Shown piece after piece: positions 1-10,671 of a stretch of DNA of 64,000 bases. Source of the stretch: Thecamonas trahens ATCC 50062. Taxonomy: Eukaryota; Protista; Apusomonadida. The notes beneath the pieces are model-generated. The model was not told the origin of the DNA, ran no database searches, and saw only the letters and a program-made list of their open reading frames with translations. Location: assembly GCF_000142905.1 (NCBI RefSeq), contig NW_013657668.1, positions 110,492-174,491 of the forward strand. The letters are read 5' to 3'. Every line of letters begins with the position of its first letter. Position 1 is the first letter of the stretch. The translations under genes and the position numbers were made by a program.

Positions 1-10
1 GAGTGTGGAG

Positions 11-847
11 ATGCTGCGGGTGGCAGCGCGGGTATGTGGCCTACCAGGGCGGCATGCGGTGGTGGTGGGGAGCAAGACGGCGGGAGGGCTGGGAGTGTGG
101 TACGGCGGGCGCTGCATGGGGTCTGGCAGTAGCCCACGCGGCGGCGATGACGGAGAGGGCAAGGCAAGGAGCTCAAGTGGTGACGGGAGTGTCGAGAGTG
201 TGGCCGGTCCGGAGCACGTGCTGGAGAGCAAGGTCATCGAGGCGGAGGGTTCAAACTGGAACATTCCCAACGCGCTGTGCGTGGGCAGGATGGTGGCAAC
301 GCCCGTCATCGCGGCGGCGCTGGTCCAGGGTCACCCGCAGACGGCGTTCTGGATGTTTGCCGCCGCTGGTGTGTCTGACTGGGCCGATGGCAAGATTGCG
401 GTTCATTTTAAGCAAAAGACGGTGTTGGGCTCGTTTCTGGATCCGGCGGCGGACAAGATCATGGTGATGGGCATGTCGCTGGCGATGGGCGCTGCTGAGC
501 TGCTCCCGTGGTGGCTCGTCGCCTCGTTTGTGGTCCGCGACGTCGGCCTCCTTGCGGGCGCGTTTTACCTGCGGGCGCGCTCGCTCGGTGACACGCTGAC
601 AGTTCGGGCGCTGTTCAACGTCAGCGGCTTCAAATCGCTCGAGATTACGCCGTCGCGGCTGTCCAAGTTCAACACCTTTGGCCAGATCTCGGTCATCGGG
701 CTGACGCTCATGGACGCTGCGTTTGGCATTGTGCCATCACCGCTACTGGCAGCAGCGTATCCTCTAGTGACGGCAACGACGCTTGCGTCGGGCGCCTCGT
801 ACGCTTTGACGCCGGGCATCAAGCGTCTGGTGCGGCGGCCGCAGTGA
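11..847 (+). CDS. CRLS1: Cardiolipin synthase (CDP-alcohol phosphatidyltransferase family), probably mitochondrial
   Basis: NIPNALCVGR, SDWADGKIA and GSFLDPAADK form the CDP-alcohol phosphotransferase motif; RDVGLL and PSRLSKFNTFGQ are typical of eukaryotic CLS; Arg-rich N-terminus resembles a transit peptide. First ATG in the window is at 11. Confidence 0.85.
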   Translation: MLRVAARVCGLPGRHAVVVGSKTAGGLGVWYGGRCMGSGSSPRGGDDGEGKARSSSGDGSVESVAGPEHVLESKVIEAEGSNWNIPNALCVGRMVATPVIAAALVQGHPQTAFWMFAAAGVSDWADGKIAVHFKQKTVLGSFLDPAADKIMVMGMSLAMGAAELLPWWLVASFVVRDVGLLAGAFYLRARSLGDTLTVRALFNVSGFKSLEITPSRLSKFNTFGQISVIGLTLMDAAFGIVPSPLLAAAYPLVTATTLASGASYALTPGIKRLVRRPQ

Positions 848-1646
848 CGGGCGGTGCATGAACCGCGCTGCCTGCGCCGGCTTTACCAGCCTCAGCACCC
901 TCTGCAGCTGCAAGCTCGATCCGGAGCGCGCGAGTGAGCCTTGCGAGAATCTTGATTCGCGCCGCGTCAACGGCGGCGGCGGCCGACGCATTGCGGAGCT
1001 TGGCCAGCAGGGAGTCGACCTGGGACCGTAGTTCGTCGTTTTCGGCGGCGAAAGCGTCCATCGACGCGCGGGAGGCGGCCTGGATGTCGTCACGCTGGCG
1101 GCGTGCATCCTCTGCTGCTGCGTATGCGTGCTCGACCTGGGCCTGCAGCGCCGAAGCCGCCGCTGCCGCAGCGGCGGCGTCCTGGGCTGGGGCCTGCTCG
1201 TGGGCGAGCTTCTCGTATCGAGCACGTGTGGTGTCGGGTGCCTCCTTCCACCGCTTGCCAATGACCTTGAGCACGTCTGTCAGCGGAGCGTCCGGCATCA
1301 ATCTGCGGACGTCTGCACGAGCATCGCGAGTAAACAGCGCAAAGGCCGAGAGCGGACGCTTGGGCCGCGAGTCACCCGACCTCGCCCGCACCCGCGCCCG
1401 CGCCGTGGTGGCCTCTGCCTCTTCCGTGACCGCGATCTGCTCCTCCAGCGCACTCATCTTCCTCCCCAGCGCATGTAGCCGCTCTCTCAACTCCTGTGCC
1501 TCGTCATCCGCCTTGAGCTTTGCCGCCCATGTCTCATTGAGCGCAGCCTCCAGGCCCGTGATGGTGTCGGCGCAGCCGCGGCAACCACAGCCACACCCTG
1601 CGCCCGGACGCGGGCCAGGAGAGGCAGGCGGAGACGGTGACGCCAT
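819..1646 (-). CDS. HMG-box protein flanked by coiled coils
   Basis: RPKRPLSAFALF...DVLKVIGKRWKEAPDTTRARYEKLA is a canonical HMG box with heptad-rich segments on both sides. ATG at 1646 (MASPSPP) follows a C-rich tract. The stop overlaps the CLS 3' end. Confidence 0.8.
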   Translation of the reverse strand: MASPSPPASPGPRPGAGCGCGCRGCADTITGLEAALNETWAAKLKADDEAQELRERLHALGRKMSALEEQIAVTEEAEATTARARVRARSGDSRPKRPLSAFALFTRDARADVRRLMPDAPLTDVLKVIGKRWKEAPDTTRARYEKLAHEQAPAQDAAAAAAAASALQAQVEHAYAAAEDARRQRDDIQAASRASMDAFAAENDELRSQVDSLLAKLRNASAAAAVDAARIKILARLTRALRIELAAAEGAEAGKAGAGSAVHAPPVTAAAAPDA

Positions 1647-1766
1647 GGGAGAGAGGGGGGAGGGGGGGGGGGGGGGGGGGAGGGAGGGAGGGGAGGGGTA
1701 GGGAGGGGAGGGGGGAGGGGAGGGGGAGGGGTAGGGTTGGGGGTGCATCGTGGGGGGGTCAGAATG

Positions 1767-2591
1767 NNNNNNNNNNNNNNNNNNNNNNNNNNNNNNNNNN
1801 NNNNNNNNNNNNNNNNNNNNNNNNNNNNNNNNNNNNNNNNNNNNNNNNNNNNNNNNNNNNNNNNNNNNNNNNNNNNNNNNNNNNNNNNNNNNNNNNNNNN
1901 NNNNNNNNNNNNNNNNNNNNNNNNNNNNNNNNNNNNNNNNNNNNNNNNNNNNNNNNNNNNNNNNNNNNNNNNNNNNNNNNNNNNNNNNNNNNNNNNNNNN
2001 NNNNNNNNNNNNNNNNNNNNNNNNNNNNNNNNNNNNNNNNNNNNNNNNNNNNNNNNNNNNNNNNNNNNNNNNNNNNNNNNNNNNNNNNNNNNNNNNNNNN
2101 NNNNNNNNNNNNNNNNNNNNNNNNNNNNNNNNNNNNNNNNNNNNNNNNNNNNNNNNNNNNNNNNNNNNNNNNNNNNNNNNNNNNNNNNNNNNNNNNNNNN
2201 NNNNNNNNNNNNNNNNNNNNNNNNNNNNNNNNNNNNNNNNNNNNNNNNNNNNNNNNNNNNNNNNNNNNNNNNNNNNNNNNNNNNNNNNNNNNNNNNNNNN
2301 NNNNNNNNNNNNNNNNNNNNNNNNNNNNNNNNNNNNNNNNNNNNNNNNNNNNNNNNNNNNNNNNNNNNNNNNNNNNNNNNNNNNNNNNNNNNNNNNNNNN
2401 NNNNNNNNNNNNNNNNNNNNNNNNNNNNNNNNNNNNNNNNNNNNNNNNNNNNNNNNNNNNNNNNNNNNNNNNNNNNNNNNNNNNNNNNNNNNNNNNNNNN
2501 NNNNNNNNNNNNNNNNNNNNNNNNNNNNNNNNNNNNNNNNNNNNNNNNNNNNNNNNNNNNNNNNNNNNNNNNNNNNNNNNNNNNNNNNNNN
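1767..2591. other. Assembly gap (N run). Other gaps: 16251-16488, 20222-20321, 21654-22164, 45120-45831, 47384-48026, 55434-55533
   Basis: Runs of N, each close to poly-G/poly-C tracts. Confidence 0.99.
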
Positions 2592-2857
2592 NCCTGGGGG
2601 AGGGGGAGGGGAGTGGGGTGGTTCGGTAGCTGCTTTCACTGGACAACCTGGTCCACTCGCTCCCTCGGCTGGCCACCGGCCGTGCCGCTGGTCCGTGCGT
2701 GAGGGGGCCACTGGTAGTGGGTGGCAAGGCAGCTCTCTCTCTCTCTCTCCTCCCCCTCCCCCCCCCCACACACACACGCATACACGCACGAACACCCACA
2801 CGCACGCACACGCATACATACGCAGTCAAAGGCGCGCAAGAAGTTACGCAGGAGGGA

Positions 2858-5047
2858 ATGTATCCCAGACGGCGGGCTGGACGTGGAGGCTTTCTGCGGA
2901 CGAACGGGCTCAAGCTGGTAGTGGCAGCGCTGGCGGTGTATGTGGTGGTCCACTTTGCCACCTCGCACACCGGGAGTGAGCCACAGGCAGGGCGGATGAT
3001 GGCCGATCAGGGCCGTGGGAGTGGTGCGAGTCGCGGAGATGGTGCCGGGCATGGAAATGGTGTTGGTCTAGGTGACGCTGGGCGGGGGCTTGGCAGCCTG
3101 ACGTTGGGCAAGAGACACGGTCAGCCGCCGCCGCCGCCGTCGCCAAAGGCGCACGGGCCCGATGGAGGCGGCGGGCGATGGGCAAAGCCAGCACCCAAGC
3201 CAAGCTCGCATGTGATTGATCATGTGCATGGGGAGCATGATGAGAGCGAGGGCAAGGGCGAGGGTGAGGGCGAGGGCAAGAGCAAGCACGACTCGAACAA
3301 GTGGCCGCAGCTGTCCAAGGAGGTGGTGGCCAAGTACGCGTCGAACACGGGCAAGATTCTGGTCACGTTTGCCAACCACAACCACGAGGACTACATCCGC
3401 AACTGGGTCTACCACCTGGCTTCGATTCCGATGGACAACTACTTGGTGTGCGCCTTTGATGATGAGCTGATGGAGTACCTGACGCAGAACGGACTCAACG
3501 GCGCGTTTGTGCCTGCGGTTCTTCGCAAGCAGACCTTTGAGTGGGGCTCGGCCGGGTTCAAGAAGCTCAACCGGTACAAGTGGGAGGCAGCACTCTCGAT
3601 TCTCGAGTGGGGCTTTGGCCTCTTCATCACCGACGCCGACACAGTCTTCTTCCGCGATCCGATTCGGTGGGTGGAGGACTACGGCGAGGACGCCGACGTG
3701 CTGGCGTCGACCGACTACCTGCGCCCGACGACATGGAAGGACGAGTTGGAGGATTTGACGCAGACCCACATTGCGTGGTGGGCGCAGAACATCGGAATGA
3801 TGTACCTGGCGCCTAGCGAGCGTATGATCACCTTTTTCCGCAAGTGGACCAAGCTCATGAACGACAACCCGGACTACGGCAACCAGTGGTCGTTTACTGA
3901 AATGCTCTCGGACGGCGTCGAGGTGGACTACTCGGACGGTCTGCAGGGGTACGCCAAGCTGGAGCTCGCGTCGAATCACACATTCTGGGCTGCCAACCAC
4001 AGCGTGATTCTGGGCATGCTCCCGCTGGCATACTTTCAGAACGGCCACTCGTACTTTGAGCAGCGTGGATGGCGCAAGCGCAACATCCAGCCGGTTGCTG
4101 TCCACACCACGTACGTGTATGCGTTCAACGGCGCAAAGCGGCACCGCTTCCGCGACGACAAGCTCTGGCTCGACGACGACGCGTACTACTCGAGCGGCTA
4201 CTTTCTGGCCTTTGACAACGTGCCGCCGCCCGAACTGATGGTGGACCACTCATGGGACGTTCCATTTGACAAGGTGCCTGCGCATCACCTGGTCCTTGTC
4301 GACTACCAGATCCAGCGGGTGTTTGAGGCGATGGCCGTGGCCCGCGCTCTCAACCGAACCCTCGTTCTCCCGCCTATCTACGGCACCTGCGATCGGTACT
4401 TTGCCCAGCTCAACAAGTGTCGCTACCCGCACGCCGAGAAGGATGAGATTCAGTTCCCGGACGTCGTGCCTGCCGACCATGTCTTTCGGCAAGAGCTACT
4501 TCTTGAGGTCCGCGAGGCGTCGTTCCTCACAAACCCGCGGGTGCCGATGGCGGTGCTCTCGGACCGGGTCTTTGTCAACGTCTGCGACGAGCTCGACGGC
4601 ACGCGTGAGGTTGTGGCACCAGTCGCGCCCGCAGGCACCAAGGGTGACGTTGAGTGTGTCAAGCGCTCGCTGGCGCGGTTCGATGCCAACTATGTTGCTG
4701 CATCGACTGTCCACCTTGCAAAGGGACTCACCGACGTCGAGCTCGCTGATGCGCTCGCGCCGGCCAACGCGGCCCGCGTCCTCCACTTTTCGTCGATGGA
4801 GGGCACTTTTGCCGGCTTTGAGGACTCTGCTGATGCCCTCGCCTTTCTCAAAGATGCCCGCAAGTGGATCGGCACTTGGTGCTGTACCTACGCCTCGGGC
4901 GCCATCCACTACGACTCGGCGCCGGCCTTTATCCCACGCGACATGATCTCGCGTGTCCCGCCTGTCTACACCAACAAGTTTCCGTACAAGGATGATACCG
5001 GCCAGCCGCTCAAGTTCTCGCCGCCACCGACGCCGCCCAAGGCCTAG
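2858..5047 (+). CDS. GT77 nucleotide-diphospho-sugar transferase, XEG113 arabinosyltransferase-like, type II membrane protein
   Basis: N-terminal TM anchor; motifs ILVTFAN...NWV, DADTVFFRDP (DxD), NIGMMY, FQNGHSYF, AVHTTY, KRHRFRD..LW, and the C-terminal extension MAVARALNRTLVLPP..CDR. Confidence 0.8.
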   Translation: MYPRRRAGRGGFLRTNGLKLVVAALAVYVVVHFATSHTGSEPQAGRMMADQGRGSGASRGDGAGHGNGVGLGDAGRGLGSLTLGKRHGQPPPPPSPKAHGPDGGGGRWAKPAPKPSSHVIDHVHGEHDESEGKGEGEGEGKSKHDSNKWPQLSKEVVAKYASNTGKILVTFANHNHEDYIRNWVYHLASIPMDNYLVCAFDDELMEYLTQNGLNGAFVPAVLRKQTFEWGSAGFKKLNRYKWEAALSILEWGFGLFITDADTVFFRDPIRWVEDYGEDADVLASTDYLRPTTWKDELEDLTQTHIAWWAQNIGMMYLAPSERMITFFRKWTKLMNDNPDYGNQWSFTEMLSDGVEVDYSDGLQGYAKLELASNHTFWAANHSVILGMLPLAYFQNGHSYFEQRGWRKRNIQPVAVHTTYVYAFNGAKRHRFRDDKLWLDDDAYYSSGYFLAFDNVPPPELMVDHSWDVPFDKVPAHHLVLVDYQIQRVFEAMAVARALNRTLVLPPIYGTCDRYFAQLNKCRYPHAEKDEIQFPDVVPADHVFRQELLLEVREASFLTNPRVPMAVLSDRVFVNVCDELDGTREVVAPVAPAGTKGDVECVKRSLARFDANYVAASTVHLAKGLTDVELADALAPANAARVLHFSSMEGTFAGFEDSADALAFLKDARKWIGTWCCTYASGAIHYDSAPAFIPRDMISRVPPVYTNKFPYKDDTGQPLKFSPPPTPPKA

Positions 5048-5120
5048 CAGTGGTACAGCAAGGCTCGAACAACGAGTAAATGCCAATCTGTCTCAGGACA
5101 GCGGCCGAACGGCACAACGT

Positions 5121-6197
5121 ATGCCCGGCTCGAGTCACGCAACCACACTGGACTCGAGAGCGGACAGCATGCGGGAGGAGCCATGCCAGGACCTCTGCAG
5201 CCGGTTCTCTGTAGAGACATGCATCCGGGTGCGGCATCTCTCATTCATGGCGACGTACGTGGGTGGGTGGGTGGGAGGGGGGGGGGGGGGGGAGAGGAGG
5301 TGGGGAGGGAGGGGGTTGGGCGGCAATGGGGGCGATGCGATGCCGGGCATCATGGGCATGATGTGGATCATATCACTTACCACACTCTTTGCACACACAC
5401 GAACAACCACGCACACACACACACACACACTGACTCACGACCTCGCTCTATCGCTCGGTCGCTCGGTCCCTCTGTCGTCCTTTCTTTGTATGTGATGGAC
5501 GGGCCCGCCGACCCGCCGCCATCGGCTTCCTCGCTCACACCCGTGCTGACTCATCGAACCTTGATGCTGTAGCATTCTTGTGTGGATGCCGGTGGGAACG
5601 TGTATGGTACTGCTTGCTGTACTGGTGCTCGGCGATGAAGCGCAGCGCGAGTGCGATGCTCCGCTGGCGGTGGTCCTCGCCGGCTTTGCCGCCCTCATCT
5701 TTGCGCGCATCCTGCCTTACGCCATGCTCGTGGGCCGCATGCTCTACGGTGTGGTCAAGGCATATCCGCCGCGGTGGCGCATAATCTACCATGTTGCCAC
5801 TCTCGGCCTCCTTGGCGTGTGGGCGATCATGGGCCTCATCTCGCTCGCATCCTCATCGACCTGCTCCGACACCGCACCCACGCTCTTTGGCGCCACCGCT
5901 CTCCTCGAGGCACTTGTTCTCCTCTGGCTCGCCATCGACATTCCGTTCATCTTCTTCCTCGAACGCGTCTGGTTCCTCCGATGGCAAGAGTCCGAGTATG
6001 ATGTCGACGATGATGGCGACGACGACGAGTGCTATGACGACGAAGACTGGCATGGCGACGGCGAGCCGTCATACTCGCTCAACGACCGCCTCTCATCCAC
6101 AGACGATACCATCTCCAGCACTACCACCACCACTCTCCGCACTGATGACAACACGGACGGTGATGGCGGTTCCAGTCTCACGATCTCATACGCGTAG
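5121..6197 (+). CDS. Four-TM membrane protein (TMEM272-like fold) with acidic tail; 2 exons (5121-5254, 5573-6197)
   Basis: GTACGT donor at 5255 and CTGAC/ACTCAT...TGTAG acceptor at 5572 join in phase (AC|C = Thr). Motifs CDAPL, W-x3-G and C-x3-APTL. Confidence 0.6.
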
Positions 6198-6404
6198 TAG
6201 CCCACCCTCCCCAACCACTGAACCACCCAACCACCTTTCATTCGCTATACACACCCAATCGCCACCTTTGATCCCCAGACCATGCCCCCTGATCTCTCCC
6301 TCTCGCTCTTCCTTCCTCAAACTATCTCCACGACTCTGTCTCCTCACGATCCGCCGCTAACGTCCGCACGCCGTGACCCACACGCCCAACCACCTCTCCC
6401 TCCA

Positions 6405-6405
6405 C

Positions 6406-6441
<36 letters not shown>

Positions 6442-6445
6442 CACG
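6405..6445. repeat. (CA)n microsatellite upstream of the glutaminase ATG
   Basis: Visible CA dinucleotide run. Confidence 0.9.
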
Positions 6446-6467
6446 CTCTCTTTCTCTCTCTTATACC

Positions 6468-9400
6468 ATGTCGGACACCTCCCCGACAGAAGACGCCCAT
6501 GCCCCCGCCACCCTCCCGCAAATCCACACCTCTATTCTCCGCCGGCTGTCGTCGACCCACACAGCCCACTCGCGCCTGACGCCCACTCTGGCGGCGGCTT
6601 CGGTGGCTGCTGCGGCTGCGAGTGGCGCCTTGGATGCTGTCAGCTCGCCAGCCATCACGTCATCGCCGCTGGGTACTCCAGGTCTGGCAGATGATGGGCC
6701 CGGTCGCTGCGAACCGGCGTTTGCATCACCGCTGCCGTCGCCGGTGCCGCAGCTGACCTCGCCAGGCGTCGACGTCCGCATGCCGACCACGCCGCCAACC
6801 ACGCCGATGCCCACACCGCTAGCGGGTGGGGCGACGGCATCGCAGACGGTGCACCTGCCGACCTTTCTCCGCACGCTCTCGGCGACAGGGCTCTCGCTCT
6901 CGGACGCGCGGGTCCACGAGGCCGTGAGCGTGTGCATGGACCACCTCGCGGCCGGCTACGAGGAGATGGATCTGGCCGTCTTCCGGCGATCCGTCGCACC
7001 CAACTCGCTGGTTATCGACAAGGCGCTCTCGGGCGCCTTGTTGTTCCGCACTGGGAGGCCTTTGCTGGCGAGGTGGGCGATCTGTTCGAGTCGGCCGGGA
7101 GCAACGAGTCTGGAGCGGTGGCGACATACATCCCGCAGCTCGCCAAAGTCGACCGCAAGCAGTGGGGCATCGGCGTGTGCACCATTGACGGGCAGCGGCT
7201 TGCGCTGGGCGACGCCGACGTCCCGTTTTCTATCCAGTCATGCACCAAGCCGGTGACGTACTGCATGGCGCTTGAGGCGTATGGCCGCGAAAAGGTTCAC
7301 CAGCACGTCGGCATGGAGCCATCCGGCCGCAACTTTAACGAGCTCGCCCTCGACTCGTCAGGCCGCCCGCACAATCCGCTCATCAACTCGGGTGCCATCA
7401 TGTGCTGCTCGATGGTTGCGCCGTCCAAGCCGCTCTCGCAGCGGTTTGCTCTCGTCATGCAGACGTGGAAGCGGCTGCTGGGCGGTGGCGACGTCACCTT
7501 TTCCAACGCTACCTACTTGTCAGAGCGAGCGACGGCCGACCGCAACTTTTGCCTCGCATACATGATGCGCGAGGCGGGCTCGTTCCGGAAGGCACCGACC
7601 TCGACGCCGCGCTCGACCTCTACTTTCAGATCTGCTCGATGATGGCCTCGGCGTCGATGCTCTCGATCTTGGCTGCCACGCTCGCCAATGCGGGCGTCTG
7701 CCCCATCACCAACGAGGTTGTCTTCTCGCCCGAGACCGTCGAACACTGCCTCTCTATCATGTTGACCTGTGGCATGTACGACTACTCGGGCGAGTTTGCC
7801 TACCGGGTTGGCCTCCCGGCCAAGTCGGGCGTCGGCGGCGGCATTTTGCTGGTGGTCCCGGGCGTCATGGGCATCTGCACCTGGTCACCCTCTCTTGACG
7901 TGTACGGCAACTCGGCGCGCGGTCTCGAGTTCTGTGAGACCTTTGCCGCTCGGTTCCGCCTCCATCCCTTCCACCGCTTTGCCGACGACAGCGGGGCCAA
8001 CGTCGAGCGCCTCGGCGCACAGCTGATCAAGTCCAAGGCCGTCTCGCTCTCGGTCCACCTGGCCTCTTTTCTCTTCGCTGCTCGCGACGGCGCAGTCCGC
8101 GAGCTTCAGCGGCTGCTTGCGCTCGGCTTTCCAGTCAACGCCACCAACTACGACTCGCGGTCGGCGCTGCATCTTGCAGCCTCCGAGGGCCACAGCCACG
8201 CTGTCTCGTTTCTTGTGGCGCAGCCGGGCATTGAGCTCGAGCCGCGCGACCGGTGGGGGCGGACTCCGCTCGACTGCGCCCGGCTTGCTGGTCACCTCGA
8301 CGCCATGATCCTCCTGCGGGCGGCGGGAGCGTCAGACGATGGTCCGCCGCTTGCCTCGGCCGGCGAGAGTGACCCGCAGGCCTCGTTTGACATTCTGCCT
8401 GGTGACGATCGGCCGGAACTCAGCCTTGACGTTGACCCGATGGAACTGTACTTTCATCTGCCGCGGCGTGAGCGGGCGGCGCACCTCGCGCATGTGGTCG
8501 ACGACGACGCGTCGGGCGTAGTCCACCTCCGCTCGATCGTCTCGCTGTTCAAGGAGATGGGCGTCCGCGCGTCGGACCTTCGGCTCAGAACGCTCATGTC
8601 GCACCTTGCGCTCCCGTCGAGCAAGGCACCGCAAAGCTCGCCGCGGACGGCAGTGGCAGCAGTGGGTGGTGCTGGGCCCGATGAGGTCGAGGCGGTCATG
8701 GTCGAGGTCGGTCTTGAGTTTGACGACGACGCAGGCGGCGACCTCAAGCCCTCGATCTCGCATGCATCGATAGCAGCCGAGGCGCCGCACTCGTGGGTCG
8801 GACACTCGTCGTCAATTGTGACGTTCTCGACTCTTGAGGCCGAGCTACTTTTGCAGCAGGCGCGCTCGACGAACAAAACATATGGCGGGTTGGAGCGGGT
8901 CGACTCGCTCAACGACTCGTCAGCGTCGATGCTGCTGAGTACGACAACGCGGTCGTTTCCTGCGGCATCCGGGCTAGAGGCGGTCGAGATGACACTCGAC
9001 GAGTTTGCCAAGCGGTGCGCTCGGCTCGACGAGTACCATTTTGCCTTTTTGGAGGCTACAGTTCAGTCCCGGATGGCTGTCCCGTCGTGGTCGTCGTTCT
9101 CCGCGCGGATGACCGAGGCGTTTATCAAAGTCTCGCGCATTCCGGCGCTCCACCGCGGCGCGTCGGTTGCATCGTACATTCCGCTGCTCGCGCAGCAAAA
9201 CGCCGAAGCGTGGGGCCTGGGCGTGTGCACGGTCCACGGCCAGCGGCTGGCAATGGGCGACCTCCCGCCTGTCTCGCTGCAGGCGGTCACCGCGCCGATC
9301 TCGTACTGCCACGCCGTGGACAAGTACGGCGAGGATGCGGTGCACAAGGTGGTCGACCGCGAGCCGTCGGGTGAGGCCTTTAACGCGCTCCTCCTCAACC

Positions 9401-10614
9401 ACCGCGGCGTGCCGCACAACCCGCTGGTCAATGCCGGCCATCTCGCAGTCCTCGCCCTCATCCTCGCCGAGCAGTCCAAGGGTCGCGGCCAGGCCTCGTC
9501 GCCGTCCGAGGACGCAGAGCGGTTCTCGTACTTTGAGGAGCTCTGGTCGCACGCCGCCGGCAACGTGGCGCCGACGTTCAACAACGCTATGTACCTGTCG
9601 GAGCAGGAGACCGCCGACCGCAACTACTCGCTGGCATACATGCTGCGATCCAAGGGCTTGCTCGAGAACACGCCCGGCTCGGTCCGACGAACGCTCGACC
9701 TCTACTTTCAGCTCTCGTCACTCGAGCTCACGCCTGACGAGCTGGCGGTTGTGGCGGGGACGCTCGCCAACGGTGGCGTGTGCCCCACGACACAGGAGCG
9801 GGTCTTCTCGGCCGATGCCGTGCGGGCGTGCCTCTCGGTCATGTTCTCATCCGGTGTGTTCAACTCGTCAGGTGAGTTTGCGTACGACATCGGCGTCCCG
9901 GTCATCGCCTCGGTCTCGGGCCTCATCATGGTGGTGGTGCCCGGCGTGATGGGCATGGTCACCTTTGCGCCGCCGCTGCTGGAGAACACGTTCTCCATGC
10001 GTGGCTACGCCTTTCTGCACAACCTCGTCAGACAGCAGTTTTCGCTCCATGCGTACGCTACCTCGCACCAGCTCTCGAACCACGACGATGCCAAGGCTCA
10101 CGCGGCCGAGGCCGTCGACGTCGTCAAGATCGACGTGACCCAGCTCCAGTCGGAGCGCGAGCATGAGGCCGTGTCTGCCGTCCTTGTCGCCGCTGCCCTT
10201 GGCGACCTCCGCGAGCTGCGGCGGCTCAAGGCGCTCGGCGTGACCTTTGGCTGCTCCGACTACGACGGCCGCACCGCGCTCCACCTTGCTGCGTGCGAAG
10301 GCCACGATGGCGTCGTCGAGTTTCTCCTCGACGAGGGAGAGCGCCCGGTCTTTCGCGATCGCTGGGGCCACACCGCAGTTGACGACGCCCGCGACGTCGG
10401 CGGCGCCGTCTGGTTCCTTCTCCGCCCGTTCGAGGCCATGGCCGAGTCCGCACCTGCCCACAGCGAGGCCAACACCCAGATGCGCTACAGCCGCGGCGCT
10501 CCCAAGTCCGGCACCAGCGCCGCGCCCGCTGCCAGCCTCGACTCGGACTCGTTCGCCAACTCGCCATCGGATCCTGATCTGGCCGCTGGTCAATCCGACA
10601 TTGTTGTCCTGTAA
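6468..10614 (+). CDS. GLS: Tandem glutaminase: [GLS-ankyrin]-[pseudo-GLS-ankyrin], with two apparent 1-bp deletions (~7035, ~7585)
   Basis: Joined across three ORF frames. Unit 1: VATYIPQLAK, SIQSCTKP, HNPLINSGAI, CGMYDYSGEF, PAKSGVGG and ankyrin YDSRSALHLAASEGH. Unit 2: VASYIPLLAQ, SLQAVTAP, HNPLVNAG and ankyrin YDGRTALHLAACEGH. Confidence 0.9.
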
Positions 10615-10671
10615 CCCACTTGCTGCGGGCAAAGCCGTGATACGCCTCGGCCAACTTGACTCCAAAGCGCC

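Noticed and set aside
5495-5572. Short ORF MDGPADPP... that appears to need a +1 frameshift into the 4-TM gene
   Set aside because: It lies inside a well-formed intron (5255-5572) whose removal gives an in-phase protein.
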